Origin: Eledone cirrhosa
Lineage: Eukaryota
Reading direction: 5' to 3'
Assembly: GCA_964016885.1 (NCBI GenBank)
Contig: OZ024742.1
Span: forward strand, 268,584,001 to 268,648,000
Length of the DNA: 64,000 nucleotides
Below the pieces are notes generated by a model that had not been told where the DNA came from, did not search any database, and saw only the letters and a program-made list of their open reading frames with translations. Made by a program: the position numbers and the translations under genes. Positions 13,246-27,167 of this stretch are shown here, one piece after another (position 1 is the first letter of the stretch; each line of letters opens with the position of its first letter).

Positions 13246-13520
13246 AGGAGGTAAAGAAATAAACACTGAAGTATATGTCATACCTTGCGGAATGACGTCT
13301 CAGTTTCAACCCCTTGATGTTTTATTAAACAAGCATTTTAAGTCACACATGAAAGGGGAATGGGATAATTGGATGCATGACACAAACAGGACGTATGAAA
13401 AGGCCTACATTTTCCGAGTGGGTGAAAATGTGTGGGGTGCTGTGTAAACGAGAGAGTTACGAAAGCTCTCAATAAATGGTGGCATCTGCAACGCCCTAGG
13501 TTGCACCGAAGATGATACAT
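13245..13520 (+). mobile_element. pogo/Tigger-like DDE transposase fragment
   Basis: Reads VIPCGMTSQFQPLDVLLNKHFKSHMKGEWDNWMH, the conserved DDE_1 motif IPggxTsxlQPLDv. Confidence 0.85.
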
Positions 13521-14198
13521 ACATATAATTCAAGATTGAATAAAATAATAAGTAGTGTTAACGTATATCCCCATATTCTAGTCTCGTATTCCTTGCGACG
13601 TAATTGTGTACCACAACAATTTTTGAATAACTACTTACGTATCAATTACGCTGAATGATATTAAAAAGCGCCTAAAATGAACCCTATGAGGAATACAGGA
13701 ATATCACACAAACAATACTAAGGAGTAGATAGATAATAGTTTAACCATGCTATCATCCAGCATAACACATTCAAATCAATATCATATCATATAATAGTGC
13801 GATTTAAATCTAATAATGAGAAAATCAAAAAATAAAAGTGCATATTTAGACAACATTGTGTTAAACAATTTTCGTTACATAATTTTAATATCATATAACT
13901 CATGAAATATTCTTAAATAGCTAAGAATGATTTAATGCATATAGATAGTATTTGAACAGATATGAGTACAATAACTGGAGTATTATGTAAGAAGCGTTCT
14001 ATTGTGAAATATTATTGAAATGGAAAGAGCAATTCATATCTCGCATTTAAATTTATTTAACGAATTGCAATCCACAATAGTCGCAGAAAAACAAATATAA
14101 CCTGATATTTCCGAAAGACAATCAGCTAATTAATTCTAGTAAATGAATATATTTTTAAGAAACACATTCTATGTATTACTTCTGTATCATTCCTCCAG

Positions 14199-14268
14199 GT
14201 GTTCGCTCAGAAATTGTTCAGTCAATGGGGTCTTTTGTCGAGAATTTATTTCCTATAAGCTACAACTG
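14199..14268 (+). pseudogene. Candidate exon
   Basis: tcattcctccag acceptor; open frame VRSEIVQSMGSFVENLFPISYNW; phase 1 to 2; weak donor gtatcc. Confidence 0.3.
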
Positions 14269-14574
14269 GTATCCTTGACTTTCTAATTTATTTCAACATT
14301 AATTCGTGCTTAATATTATTCTGAAATGGACATACTAATTTGCATATAATTAGCGGTGGTTTTGGTAATTAATTAACATATGTGAGAAGTGGGCTAGCAG
14401 GCAAAATGTTTAATAAAATTATGTATGTACAAATAAAGAGTGATAGTGACCGAGATTGCATATATACACACATGTAATATGTAGACATGTAAACATGCAA
14501 GAATATATGAATTTCCCTGTAAACTGAAAAGGTGATAAACAGCTTTAATCGATTTTCGCATTTTATTGGACTGT

Positions 14575-14604
<30 letters not shown>

Positions 14605-14605
<1 letters not shown>

Positions 14606-14795
14606 ACGAACGAAATGTGGTAAGGAACCAGGTGGACCATAACGCACCAAAGTATTCAATACTTAGGGTTGTAGAGTGGGTAATAGGGACGAGTAGGACC
14701 CCGACGGCTGAGCTCAAGCCGTTTCGACGGCTAATTCTGGACAGAATTAGCCGTCGAAACGGCTTGAGCTCAGCCGTCGGGGTCCTACTCGTTCC

Positions 14796-14798
<3 letters not shown>
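14605..14798. repeat. Fold-back remnant of the hammerhead-bearing repeat family at 61835-63252
   Basis: 57-bp arms 14683-14739 and 14742-14798 with a 2-nt centre; 14605-14740 is the reverse complement of ~63117-63252. Confidence 0.92.
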
Positions 14799-14847
<49 letters not shown>

Positions 14848-14883
14848 TACATACATACACAGTCATATATACAAATATATATG

Positions 14884-14918
<35 letters not shown>

Positions 14919-14998
14919 ATAACCATATGTTTGTGCGGTTGGTGGAAACAACATTATTTTTATACATCTAACAGTTAATGTTACGTTATTCTTTTTAG

Positions 14999-15093
14999 GA
15001 TAAGTATATATGGAAATAATATTGACGATGACGACATACCATTTTCTTTGATATCATGCACAACCTCCTCTTTGATTTTATGACTATCCTGAA
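14999..15093 (+). pseudogene. Candidate decayed exon
   Basis: ttctttttag acceptor, gtatgt donor; phase 2 to 2; [30 protein letters not shown]. Confidence 0.35.
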
Positions 15094-15523
15094 AGTATGT
15101 GACATTCGTTTTCTTTCATTTTTGTGTGGAATATTTCTATATATGAAAACAATCATGTCTATCGCATAGATTCCTGACTATTTTTTTTACTGTGGGGCGT
15201 CGTCGATAATGTTTCCAAAACATATATAATGAGAAAAAACATTTATCATCATTAATTCCTTTGAATATTATATGGTAAAGAATGCCAATTATTTTTAATT
15301 AATAGTATTCTACGTTTTCTCCTAAACAATTGAGGGCGTGTTTGCTCTTCTATTCTCCTCTGAAAACTGGTTCCTGTATTTAGTGCTTTATATTTCTTGT
15401 TTTCATGATAGCACATATTTCATAATTCATATTTCAGTCGGCCATTTTTATTTGCTCAATGTTTCTCTTCAATAATCCACCATGTCTGTTTAAATTTATA
15501 TCTCTTTTTCTATTAATCTTTAG

Positions 15524-15581
15524 ACCACATCAATGTACGCGTCATTGAGTAATAATTCTGGTATCTGATAGTTTGAATTTG
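15524..15581 (+). pseudogene. Candidate decayed exon
   Basis: Strong pyrimidine tract plus tag acceptor, gtgagt donor; phase 2 to 0; PHQCTRH*VIILVSDSLNL. Confidence 0.4.
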
Positions 15582-16289
15582 GTGAGTCAAAGTTACGGAT
15601 ATTTATCAATAAACGGCAACCGGAGACATATGAAACCACCATATGAAACATATTCAGCCTTCAATACAAGCTATTTTTTTCAAACCGATCCTTTGAAACA
15701 CATCTGGCGTATAGCACCAAAATGCTTGATACATAAGCACGTTTCTAAGTAAAATGTCGATGCATGTGCTCTTTCAACGTGGCTATTGTTAATATAAGTT
15801 AGAAAGTTAAATAACGAATACATTTCTGAGCAAACCAGTTTTCAGCAATGGAATCTTCCTAGAAACATTATATTAGACGTTCTACCTTAATGTTAGTTGC
15901 CAAAATTTAAAATATATGGTAGAAACGGTGATAGAAAAATAACTCCATGCCTGATACGCCATACAATTCAACAGAGAAAGCAAGTCATGGTGACTATAAA
16001 CAATGGCTTATATTGAGCAGAGAATCTATGACGAGCCACAGGTCAAACAGAAATGATACTACAAAGGCAGCATAAATGACAAAGGTTGCACCCAAAACAG
16101 GACTCTTATATTCAAAATACAAATATGATAATGAATTTCTAAATTTTAATTCTAGATTTCGTGGTCAAGAAGAAACGTTCATAAAATGGTCGGAAACAAT
16201 GCATTAAAAACAACGATGACAAAGACAGCAACAACAACAGCAGCAACAGGAAAAATCAAAGGAATATATCCACAGGCATGATAGAGTTG

Positions 16290-16824
16290 GAATCTTCATT
16301 TACTGGAAATTATGGCAGCATTATGAAATACCAACAGAAAAACAATTGTACAAACGCACATCAGAAAAAGTGTCAGAAAATGACAAAGCAACCATTATCT
16401 GGGATATGCCAATAGATACAGACAGAGAGATCAAAGCCAGATATTATTGTTAAAGACCACAAAGAAAACAAATGCCTGCTAATAGATGTATCAAACCCCA
16501 CAGACGACAATACATCTTCCAAAGTGGAGAAACTCTCCAAATATAAAGATCTAGAGACAGAAAAATCTCGAGTGGGGAAAATGAAAACTGAAACAATACA
16601 TATAATAGTAGTTGCTATGTGAATGATGAAAGACACAGACAAATACTTAACCAAATCGCCAGAACTAACAAATATATACAGCATACAAAAAATAACGCTA
16701 CAAGGTACTACACACATATTACGAAAAGTACCATCAATACAATAGAAAAAGCACTAGCATAAAATATACTGGTCAAGGCATACAGAGCAGTACTCGGTAA
16801 AGCAGTAATGATACGCAAGAATAA
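16290..16824 (+). mobile_element. RLE-type (R4/Dong-like) LINE 3' fragment
   Basis: Reads LWDMPI*TDREIK..PDIIVKDHKENKCLLIDVSNP..KLSKYKDLE..IQKITLQGTTHILRKV (PD..D..K restriction-like endonuclease). Confidence 0.85.
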
Positions 16825-16980
16825 TAATTGTTTCAACTTTTGACAAAAGGCCAGCAATTACCCAGTGTATTACTGGTACTTTATTTTATCGATCCTGTAG
16901 GGATGAAAGGCAAAGTTAACCTCGGCGGGATTTGAACTCAGAATGCGTCAAAGCATGGCGACCGATACTGCCAATCCACC
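16825..16980 (-). mobile_element. tRNA-derived SINE (Nin/Deu-like core)
   Basis: Reverse complement of the family described at 30902-31090. Confidence 0.85.
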
Positions 16981-16989
16981 AATGATAGT

Positions 16990-19900
16990 AAAGAAGTTTC
17001 ATTCTATTTTGAAGGAGAGCAAAACAATATCCTGCCGATCTCCATGCTTGACATCCAGGTTGAACAGACTAAGGAAACACTTGCAATTGATGCTACTAAG
17101 CACATAACATTGATGGCAAATGTACGAGAGCAATTAGCATCAACGGGGGAGCAGAAATCTCTGCATGGAAAATATGTGGCCCGTTACAAACAACCTGATG
17201 TTAACCAAAAGCACACCCATCAATGGCTACCTAGCTCAAGGTCTAAAAGCAGAGAGCGATGGCTTCATCTTAGCTGCGCAAGATCAACATTTAGTGTCAC
17301 GGAATTACCAGGCCAATGTGATAAGAAATTGCAAGCCAACTTGAAAAGACACAAATTCATACAAAATAGGGAAAAGAGGAAAGCAAGATAACTGGCATTA
17401 TATGGACGATATAAGCTCGGTGGATAGGCAGTATAGGTAGAGAGTTGGACGCCATGCTTTCCAGCATAGTTACGTTCCTTTACAATCTGAGTTCAAATCC
17501 CACCGAGGTTAACTTTGCCTTTCATCCTTACTGGGACGATAAAATAAAGTACCAGTAATGTAATGGGTAATTGCTGCCGTTATGCCAAAAGTAGAAACAA
17601 TTATATGGACGATATTGGCAGTATCGGTACTGCATGAGACACCATGCTTTGCAGCATAGCGTTATGACCCTTTACGTTATGGGTTCAAATACCGCCAAGT
17701 TTAAACTTTGCTTTTCATCCTTACGGCGTCGATAAAATAGAGCACAAGCAATGTACTGGTGTAATTGCTGGCCTTGTTCCAAAATTAGAAACAATAATTT
17801 GGACGAAAACAAGTTATCAAATGTTAGGAGATATATCTTCGGATATGGAATTAATTGCGATCAGGCACGCAGTGGAAAATGACCTAAATATACGCGGGGA
17901 AGAAAGTAAATAATCAAATTAAGAGAGTTCCCGTCCTCAAAGAAAACAAAAATGGAAAAGAACAAAACGAATATGAGATTTAATTAATAAGATGACTAAT
18001 ATCAATATGAAATGAAGTAAAATCTTGAAGTAACGTAAGATCCAGAAAAGTAAGAAAGTTGAAGAGAAAATGTGGATTTTCAAGAGAGGAGCATATATCA
18101 GCAAAGGAAATACGGAAACAAAACTTCCAATTGACATCTCAAAGACACGAAAGCCTGAGGAGAGAAACAATTTTGTCAGAAGCTAAATAAATTGTTCACA
18201 CCCAATACCAAATTATTTTACAGAGAACTAGGTTAGGTGAAATGACCAATTGGAAACACTTGCTTCCAATGAAGAAATTGAAAACTTTTGGAGAAAGATT
18301 TGGAGTGATGAGAAGACACACAATTAATACGTAGATTGGATGAAACGGCTAGAAGTATTTTCAAAAAACGCCTATGGGAAAACATCTTAATAGCAGACAG
18401 CAAGGCGGCACTGACAAATGTTTATTAGTGGAAATTTCCCTGTATAGATAATGTGCCAAATGTCAGGCTTTCATCGCTTTCGTGCGAATACGAAAAGTTA
18501 TTCCAGCTGTTCAATAAAATTATGAAAGATTCTGAATAAACACCTGACTGGATAGCAAGCGATATTACTAACTACAAAAAATCATGTAACCAAAGACACA
18601 AATTGAAAAGTATCTGTCCATAACCCGTATATCAACTAAATAAGGTTTTAACATCTATTCTCATTGAGAACAATATCGAAGAGAACAATATTTTACTTAT
18701 TGAACAACAAAGGGTACCGATAATGTTCCCATGGATGTAAAGATCAACTCTTAATTAATCCTATGAGTCTTAAGGAATGTCATAACAAGATGTCTAATGT
18801 CATAACAAAATATCTAAGTTCCGCATGAATTGATTGCAAAAATGATTTGGGTATATATCATGAATTCTGAAATTGCTGGATATCGTCAAAATGTTTCCTG
18901 TCATTTTAAAATGTCTGAAATATAATGTCATTGTAGAATATGAATCTCCAATAATATTAACATCAACTGTTGAATTTTACAAAATGTTCCTAATTGACAA
19001 CAGTAAAATAAGCCCTCTGATTTATGTATGATTTAAAACTATTATTCGCTGATGTGATTGAAGGCATTTTATAGTAATGACATCGAGGTGAAGTTTGGGT
19101 TTGGTGTATATGCCCAAGCCTCTTTCAAGAAACAATAACTGATAAATTCAAATGCAGTCGAACTGGATGTTGAAACAGAACATGAAGGGAAAAAAATATG
19201 AATACTAAGATATGAATGAAGGCTCCAACATTCAGCATGGAAGCATGAAATAAAAGATAGGGAAGAAATGTTGGAGGATAGCGAACGCTATTATTTAATC
19301 TGAGCTAAATGCATGTAACAATGAGTTAGCCATGAATTTCTTAGCAGTTACAGTTATTAGTTATAATTTCAATGTGTTGAACTGGAATATAAACGAAACA
19401 AAGAGAACTGACAGAAATTCGTAAGTTAATGACTTGCAATGAGATGCACCAACCAAAGGCAGATGTGAATCATATTTACCTTACTAGAACCCAAGAAGTT
19501 GGAGACCTGATCCAGTTTGAAATGTCTTGAAAGCAGCCATCACAATTGGATTGAATCAAAAGACAACTGGGTGCTGTAACTCGTTTAATAAAATTAGAGA
19601 AGAGTAAGAAGCATTATTCTGTTTTGAAAGAGAGCAAAAGGTTTTCTACTGATATCATGACTAATATCCAGGCAGGAAAAACCGAGGGAACTGTGGCAAT
19701 TGTTGTTGCAAAGCGAGTAATATTAATGTCCGCCAGGAAAAAAAGGCATGGACATTTAACATCGAGTTAGGGGGGGAAATATTAGCATAGCAAATATGTA
19801 GCACGTAGAAATCAAGCTGATGCTGACTAGAAGCACACACATGAGTGGGTACGTTTCACAGGCCCTCATCCTAACTGCCCATGGTCATAGCTTATTAAAT

Positions 19901-20245
19901 CTGAAATATCAAACCAATATGATGAGAAATACCGTTAATCCAACATGCCGATTCTGCAATGATGCGATTGGAACAGTGGACCATGTAATGTCTGGACGTA
20001 GTGTTTTGGTTTTAGTAGAGTGTAAATCAAGCTATGACAGAGCTGTCTAAGGATTAATATGTCGGCATTGTAAAATGTTCATCTCAAGGCGGTGACAATA
20101 GCAGTAATTATAGGAACACTAGCAATGAAAATTATTTTAGATTGAAAAAAATGACCGAAAATTATTTTAGAATGATCCCTGGTTTAACATCATTGCAAGA
20201 TATGCAAAAAAAGGTACTCCTGAGAAGAGTTTTGTCCCTCTGAGA
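16990..20245 (+). mobile_element. Decayed RLE-type LINE fragments interrupted by SINEs
   Basis: SLHGKYVARYKQPDV..THQWL (17044 ORF), FWRKIWS, EQ..G..GCKDQLLIN (RT), CRFCNDAIGTVDHVMSG (19820 ORF); probably two copies; many stops. Confidence 0.75.
17416..17797 (+). mobile_element. Two tandem tRNA-derived SINE copies
   Basis: 17416-17603 and 17614-17797, each with B-box gttcaaat and core ctttcatccttac..gataaaat. Confidence 0.85.
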
Positions 20246-20344
20246 AGGATAATTGTCAACGTATTCTTTTTACCTAATATTATTAGATTATATTCCTGAT
20301 TATATTCCTATTATATTAAATTATATTCCTATTATTAGATTATA

Positions 20345-20465
20345 TGATCTGAGTTTAAATCCCGCCGAGGTTAACTTTGCCTTTCATCCTTACGGGGTCG
20401 ATAAAATAAAGTACCAGTAATGCAATGGGCTAATTGCTGGCCTTGTGCCAAAAGTAGAAATAATT
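20345..20465 (+). mobile_element. 5'-truncated tRNA-derived SINE
   Basis: Matches the 3' two-thirds of the SINE at 30902. Confidence 0.85.
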
Positions 20466-20619
20466 ATTAGATTATATTCCATAATTATGTAACTTGTAAT
20501 TAATTGAGCACTCTTATATGATTAAATAACATTTTGTTGTAAATGTGATTTTAAACAGATAACTGTATATTACGTAACGTGGACAATCTGGTGAGTTTAT
20601 GTTCGTGTCTTATTAATAT

Positions 20620-20748
20620 GTCCCTTTACGATCTGAGTTCAAATCCCGCCGAGGTTGACTTTGCCTTTCATCCTTACGGGGTCGATAAAATAAAGTACCA
20701 GTAATGCACTGGGTAATTGCTGGCCTTGTGCCAAAAGTAGAAACAATT
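20620..20748 (+). mobile_element. 5'-truncated tRNA-derived SINE
   Basis: Matches the 3' two-thirds of the SINE at 30902. Confidence 0.85.
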
Positions 20749-20857
20749 AATATATGCAGCTAGTCTCCCTGCCCTAGATGTCGGGAAAGCACTAGGCGAG
20801 AAATGGATAGAAAAGTGAAGAAAGAAGAAACACACAAAACATAATAATAATAATAGA

Positions 20858-21044
20858 TAATTGTTTCTATGATGGGCACAAGGCCAGCAAATACCCAGTA
20901 CATTACTGGTACTTTATTTTATCGACCCCGTAAGGATGAAAGGCATGTTAACCTCGACGGGATTTGAACTGAGATCATAAAGGGACGTAACTCTATGCTT
21001 CAAAGCATGGTGTCTGATTCTCTACCGATACTGCGAGTCCACCG
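20858..21044 (-). mobile_element. tRNA-derived SINE
   Basis: Near full-length reverse-complement copy. Confidence 0.85.
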
Positions 21045-21169
21045 TTCTAAATTATATAATAATATATAATGTATAAAGTTATATATGTAATAAGAACAAA
21101 CAAAGTAAAATGGACGGTACAATGAAGGCAAAGTAAAAGTTAGTTAGCTGGTAATATTTATACTGTTTT

Positions 21170-21880
21170 GTTGTTTCTTTTGTCCTAATATTTCGGGACT
21201 TAGAACTTCGTCAGTGCATAAGGAATTCTCAGAGAGAGAAAGGAAATAAATGTCAGCCTCATCTGTTTGAAATTAGGTTTATATCTAAAATTTGTAAACC
21301 ACCTTCAAGCGTTGTTCGTTTTAGTATTTACGAGAAGGAGTATGGCGTCAATTGTTGTATGTAATATTTCATGGAAAGAAATTTCTTCTCTAAATTGTTG
21401 TTCTTTGTGGCCTGTGTTGGCGTGTGGATGTGTTCTTTTATGCCAAGTATTATGTGCTGAGTTCTTTTCTGTTATTGATTTATTGGTTGAATCTACGCTC
21501 AAGCAAGTATTCCTTTATTCTTAAATTGCCGACATTTCTCACCCTGGTTTCAATATTAACTGTTATATGTTTGTTGGTGTTTCTGAATTTGTCAATGTCT
21601 TTTTTTAATGAGGATGCGGGCGTGGAATGCTAGAATCGTGCTACCAATGTAGCATTCAATCCATTATACAACATCTGTTTGCTGGCATATGCCTGTGTCG
21701 CGGATGGGTAACATAGTCAGCACGCATTTGTTACCGTTGTCTCTGGATTATTTTTTTAGATAGGTATCCACGCATTGACCTCTGAAAATAGTTGTGGTTA
21801 CGTTTTCGCTGAAGTAGGGGAGGTTTTATGCCTGCGGTGCCTTCGATGTTAAGGTACAACTTATCATTGTTAATGCTGCA
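21170..21880 (-). mobile_element. Penelope-like 3' fragment (GIY-YIG) with degenerate hammerhead relic
   Basis: Minus strand CQQTDVV..ECYIGST; downstream CTGACGA-N13-GAAA-TAT-TA at ~21185-21214 with broken stems. Confidence 0.6.
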
Positions 21881-22950
21881 GTTAACTTAGGTGATGCAAA
21901 TATTGATAGTGGGAAACTTAGAGATCGCAATAAAAATGAATTAGCCTAAGAAAAATATGGATAATGGTGAAAATGATGAACCACTTGGAAATGGGACTGC
22001 GTGAATGCACAGCTGACATTACTAAAACGATGGGAAAAATCTGAAAACTGATTCCTTAAATATGAATGGGATTTTAAAAGAGTACATCACACATATAACC
22101 CCTTTCTAAAGAAATTAAACCAAATAAGAACCTCCACCCATGAGAAACCGAAGATAATTAACATTTCAAAGAAATCATAAACACACAAATTAACATATTA
22201 AATAAGGGACTGAAATATACACAGGCATCACAAAAATCTAACTCCGCCGAAAAGAAACATGACATCATGGAATTCTGCTGAAAACTTAGACTAATAGAAT
22301 ACTTCTCCAATGATACCAACACTGAAGAGGAATGAATAGTTCGAAATAGAAGTGATTTCTGCCCACAGAAAGGAAGGAACAAAACAATGGTCAACTACTG
22401 CGAATGTATCATCAATTTCGATATGACAAATTTGTAAATAAACACACGAAATCGACCCTGTCAAAACACGAATTCAAATAAGTATTCGCACTACGAGATA
22501 CACTGAAATAACCATGTAAAAAGCCATTTAAGGGAGCACTAGAGTCATCATGAATACTGACTACTATAAGGATGTGACACTTACAATTTCAGACGAGAAC
22601 AAATGCTACAAAAGAAACAAAAGAAAAACAAACCCAGAGAACTATAAACACACTAAAACATGAGGGAATCTCCAGGCATAACAAAAGAAAATCACAAAAG
22701 CCTAACATAAAAAGAATCGGAATACATAAGCCGTTTTAAATGCTAAACAAATATGTTTTAAGGCTTACCAAAGATCCACAATTGTAAAATAATAAACGAC
22801 GCCTGTAACTCTTCGACTAAAAAATATATACAATTAACACCAATAGAAGATTTAAAATTCAGACCAATTATAGCAGGCCCTGTACGTGAAACTCACAGAC
22901 GTAGCAGCTTCCAGGACATCCTACTAAAGCCCTTCTTAAAATATATACAC

Positions 22951-25345
22951 TAGGCATATTCCTAAAGTACACTTTTGTTAAACAAATAAATGAGCATGCC
23001 ATTTGCAGATGAACTTTTACTAGAAAATACTTGTGAGCATGCTAAAAAATATTAGAATTTGAAAAAACTCTTGCACAAGGTAGATTCTTTAACATTGATT
23101 AACTAATATGGAATTGCATATACAATATACGTGTGTATGTAATAAAAATAAAGTGTTTAATTTAACAATTTATAAAATATAGTATCCTTCAAATTGTTCA
23201 ATGGATCAACTTTATTGATTGTTAATCACTTATTTGTTAATTTAATCTGTTCATAAAATTCATAAAATACATAAATAGAATAAATTAAAATTTGCGAGGT
23301 ATATTTAGTAATATATTTTAATATTTATAATTATATTATATTAATATTATAAATTTCAGATGTATAAAAATACAGTTGCTAAAGAGGAAAGTAAAAAGAT
23401 TTGGGCACAAAATATTTGTCATTTTGAGAAGAGAAAGAAATCTAGGAACACGAAAATTCAAAGTTCATTAATCCAATTATGCAAGCTAGCTACTGAGCAA
23501 TATATCGTTGATATATATATCACTGTTTCTGCTGAAGAGAAAAATACAAAAAAATAGAATTAAGATAATTACTGGAGAATGTGAAAATTTATGGGGAACA
23601 TTCAGCTGTCCAACTATCATCAAACTTTCAATACCTCGAAAAATTGAAAAAATAATGAAAAAAAAGGAAAGGGAAGTGAAAAGACCTGGCTCTGCGAATT
23701 TCAATAATCTGTTTGGCATTACAAAAAGCTATGGGATATGGTTAGCAGTCGAAGATTTGTCATTTTATGAAAAGCAAGTTGAGAGTTGTGGAAACGTTGG
23801 GTATACTACAATGAAAATAGACAGTGAAAAGAAAATCCATCCTTCTAAGAGAATTAAAAACAAAAAACAAGAACTAGATCATGATAAGCCATCCTGCTCA
23901 TACATTCATCTGGACTCAAATGAAAGTTACAGTAACACCGATACAAATTCCAGCGATTACAAAACTTCAACTTAACTTTCACCAGAAAAAAACGAAAAAG
24001 AGAAAACACAGCTCATGCTGTTAACCTAGTAAGAAATACTAAATTACCTAATATAAAAGCAGCAGCAGTTTGCAACGAATTTAAAGATGGTGGTATTAGG
24101 GGGGAACACTCCGGGTCAGTCGGCAGTGCACAAAGCAGTTATCAGAGAAGGTGAGAAACTCATGGAAAAGTGGAAAAATGGACTCAAATGGGAAGAAAAT
24201 GGAGCCTTCATGTTGATGGCAAACGAATAAGAGACGTAGAATATCAGGTTGTAGTGATAAAAAATGATTAGAAAGAAATAGGCTTGAGGCCGATGGTATT
24301 AACCGATGGAAAGGCTCTTACTATATTTAATGGATTGAAAGAAGTTATTGACAAATATGAAATGTAGGAATCTATCGGGATGATAGTTGTCTCCAACACA
24401 ACTAGTGTCAATACCGGCAAAAAGGCAGGAGTTATTGTGATGCTCAACAGTGAGTTAGCGCGTCGCCGTTACAGCAAACCATTATATGTTGGATGCCAGC
24501 ACCACATTTTTGACCGTGCATTGAAAGTTTATTTTGATCAACTATATAGTAGCAAAACAACTTCTCCATATATCAATTATTACTTTGTTGAGGCCATTTT
24601 AAAGAACTATAACAAACTGAAGCAGAACCTTTCAAATGGAACGACGGAAATTAATGAAACCCAGACGCGCTGAAGAAGTGACATGGATTTCCTTCAGCAT
24701 CTCATGATAGCCGTGCAACATTTCTTTGAAAACGGTGGGTTTCCTAAAATCAATTTTAAGAAATTACCTAATTTGTACAATGCTCGTTGGAATAGCCGAG
24801 TAATATATTTGTTGCTTGGATTTAGTTTGATGCCTGATGAACGAGCGAAGATGCGCGCTGGTGCTCAATACATCTGCAGAATGTGGGGAAAGATGTGGTT
24901 CTCAAGTCAACTGTATAGAGCTGACAGCAAGCAGAAACTCATTGACCAACTAATTAAGGCCAAGTGTGAAAAAGTTGCAAACACCGTCAGAAAAGTTTGA
25001 TCTAATGAAGAATCACCAATTGTGACGCAACGCTCGAACATTTGCGCTGAGCGAGCTGTAAAAGTTGTGCAGGACCTTTTGCCATTTTGTAAAAGTAGTA
25101 GAACCTTAGAGATTACATTTTGTTTAACTAATAATTAAAATTAATTTTTCATTGTCATAATTTATTGTTTTAGGTATTTATTTTATGGGACTGGCTAATT
25201 ACCATGGCTAATTAAAAATATAATTTAGTATGTGCAAGAATTTTTTTCAAAATTTACCAAAAACTACTGTAATTCTTTCTTTATGACAAAAACCTCATTA
25301 GAAAATAGCATGCTCATATGGGGTTGTAAAAACGTCATATGCCTA
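22951..25345 (+). mobile_element. hAT-superfamily DNA transposon (hATm-like), 2395 bp
   Basis: 9-bp TIR taggcatat/atatgccta; 8-bp TSD atatacac at 22943-22950 and 25346-25353; subterminal gagcatgc motifs at both ends. Confidence 0.9.
23360..25137 (+). pseudogene. Disrupted hAT-type transposase
   Basis: Motifs HVDGK, NTTSVNTG, CQHHIFD, NARW, NICAERAVK across ORFs 23508, 24380, 24683, with stops and frameshifts. Confidence 0.85.
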
Positions 25346-26747
25346 ATATACACAACAACATACAGGATGACCGTCATATACTGAACCTAATACAGTAAGT
25401 GAAGGCACAATACTTGCCTCCTCCGAATCAGTAAGACTTTACACTAACATATGCCTTAACTATCGAATAACGGCAATGCAGTATTGGCTAGACACACACC
25501 AATCTGAAATACAACCATGCATCAAGAAAACACTTTATTATTGACATACTCTGATTTATTTTACAGAATAATTATTTTTCTTACAGTGGTTCATCATACC
25601 GACAAAACACATGTTCTGCTATGCAGATCTCAAAAAAACAATTGTTAGAGATACATAGACGGTTGCTTAATACTATATCAGGAAAACATGAAAATACTCA
25701 CTGTTTTCAAAAAAATGATAAACAACTTAAACAATAACATACAACTCACAATGACGGATTTAGCGTTCTCGCATATCGTTATTTTAAAAACAGAGTGGAA
25801 AATAAAAACGAACATATTTTTTTATAAAACCACGGATTCCAAACAATAACTTCTCTTCACATCAAGACACCCAAAGCATACAACACTTAACATTCCTTTT
25901 AACTTTGCCAAACGTATTTGCATGATAGTATCAGGCCCAAATAAACGGGAACAAAGACTAAATGAACTAAAAAACACACTACCTTAAGAGCCTTCCCACT
26001 TGACGTAATTAATAACGGAATAGACGGAGCAAGATACGTTAATGTTCATCAACATAACTATTCAAAGCGAAATGCCTTACCATATGTATCCACCTTGAAC
26101 CTCAGCAACACCGAATTGTTGACCACCTACATAACAATCTCCCCATTCTATTTGAATATGAAACATTGAAGAAAATCTCAGAAACACACAAGATCATTAA
26201 AAGTAAAAGGCAATCCAAATCACTACAACACATTCTCACTAGAACAAATATTCACAAGCCAATCTCCAAAACTAAGTAACAAATTGCGGAAGAACAAATT
26301 GTGGCATATGTCTATACTTAATTGAAAGATAAAAATATCACATTTAAAGGTGGCCTAACTATTACAGGGAAGGGCAACGTCACCGGCAACTCAAAGCACC
26401 TAATCTGCGTATTCACATGCGGTGGTTGTCCACATAACTACATAGGACAGCGGATGAATGACCATCTATCGCCTACAAATCCGAGACGTAAAGAAAAGAA
26501 AAATTCCATTAAGTAGCCTCAATGCAAATTGAGCTTGAATCACCCTACCCAACTATAAAAATCCTGCCCCTTTATAAGTGCTCAGATTATTTCACCCAAC
26601 TACAAAGAATAAATAAATAAAAAAAAACATGTCTTAACAAATTTAAACCAAAATTATATTATATAATAGCCCCTATTAGATTATTCATAACGACTTATTG
26701 GTGAAGCACGCACAGATACAGATAGATCGATACATTTGGACAAACTC

Positions 26748-26790
<43 letters not shown>

Positions 26791-27077
26791 TACTCACACA
26801 CACACACACATGCACACACGCACACACACATACAGACGCATATATATATATATACATAAACACACAATCATACACACTCATACACTCTCAAAACATATTC
26901 CTAAAATCGAATTTCTTTTACAAATCTATACCTTTGACAAACCTAAAGCAATTGACTCTAGCTTACATTTTCCCTCTTCGCCACCGCAACTGAACTCTCT
27001 ACCAGTTCCTTAACACAATTGAGTTACACACACATATATACAGAAAAAATCCCTCTCGCTAAAAACACATTTCTTCT

Positions 27078-27086
27078 GTGAAAAGA

Positions 27087-27166
<80 letters not shown>
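27078..27166. repeat. (ACT)n microsatellite
   Basis: Directly visible. Confidence 0.95.

Positions 27167-27167
<1 letters not shown>

Larger units (their letters stand above)
21900..26670 (+). mobile_element. Decayed near full-length Penelope-like element, split by a hAT insertion
   Basis: LLNKGLKY, GLPKIH, LKFRPIIAGPVRETHRRSSFQDILLKPFL, LYTNI, HPKHTTLNIPFNFAKRICMIVS, CGRTNCGIC, ICVFTCGGCPHNYIGQ: RT then GIY-YIG. Confidence 0.9.

Noticed and set aside
21180-21225. Hammerhead at the PLE 3' end as a functional ribozyme
   Set aside because: Core present but stems I and II are broken; kept only as a relic.
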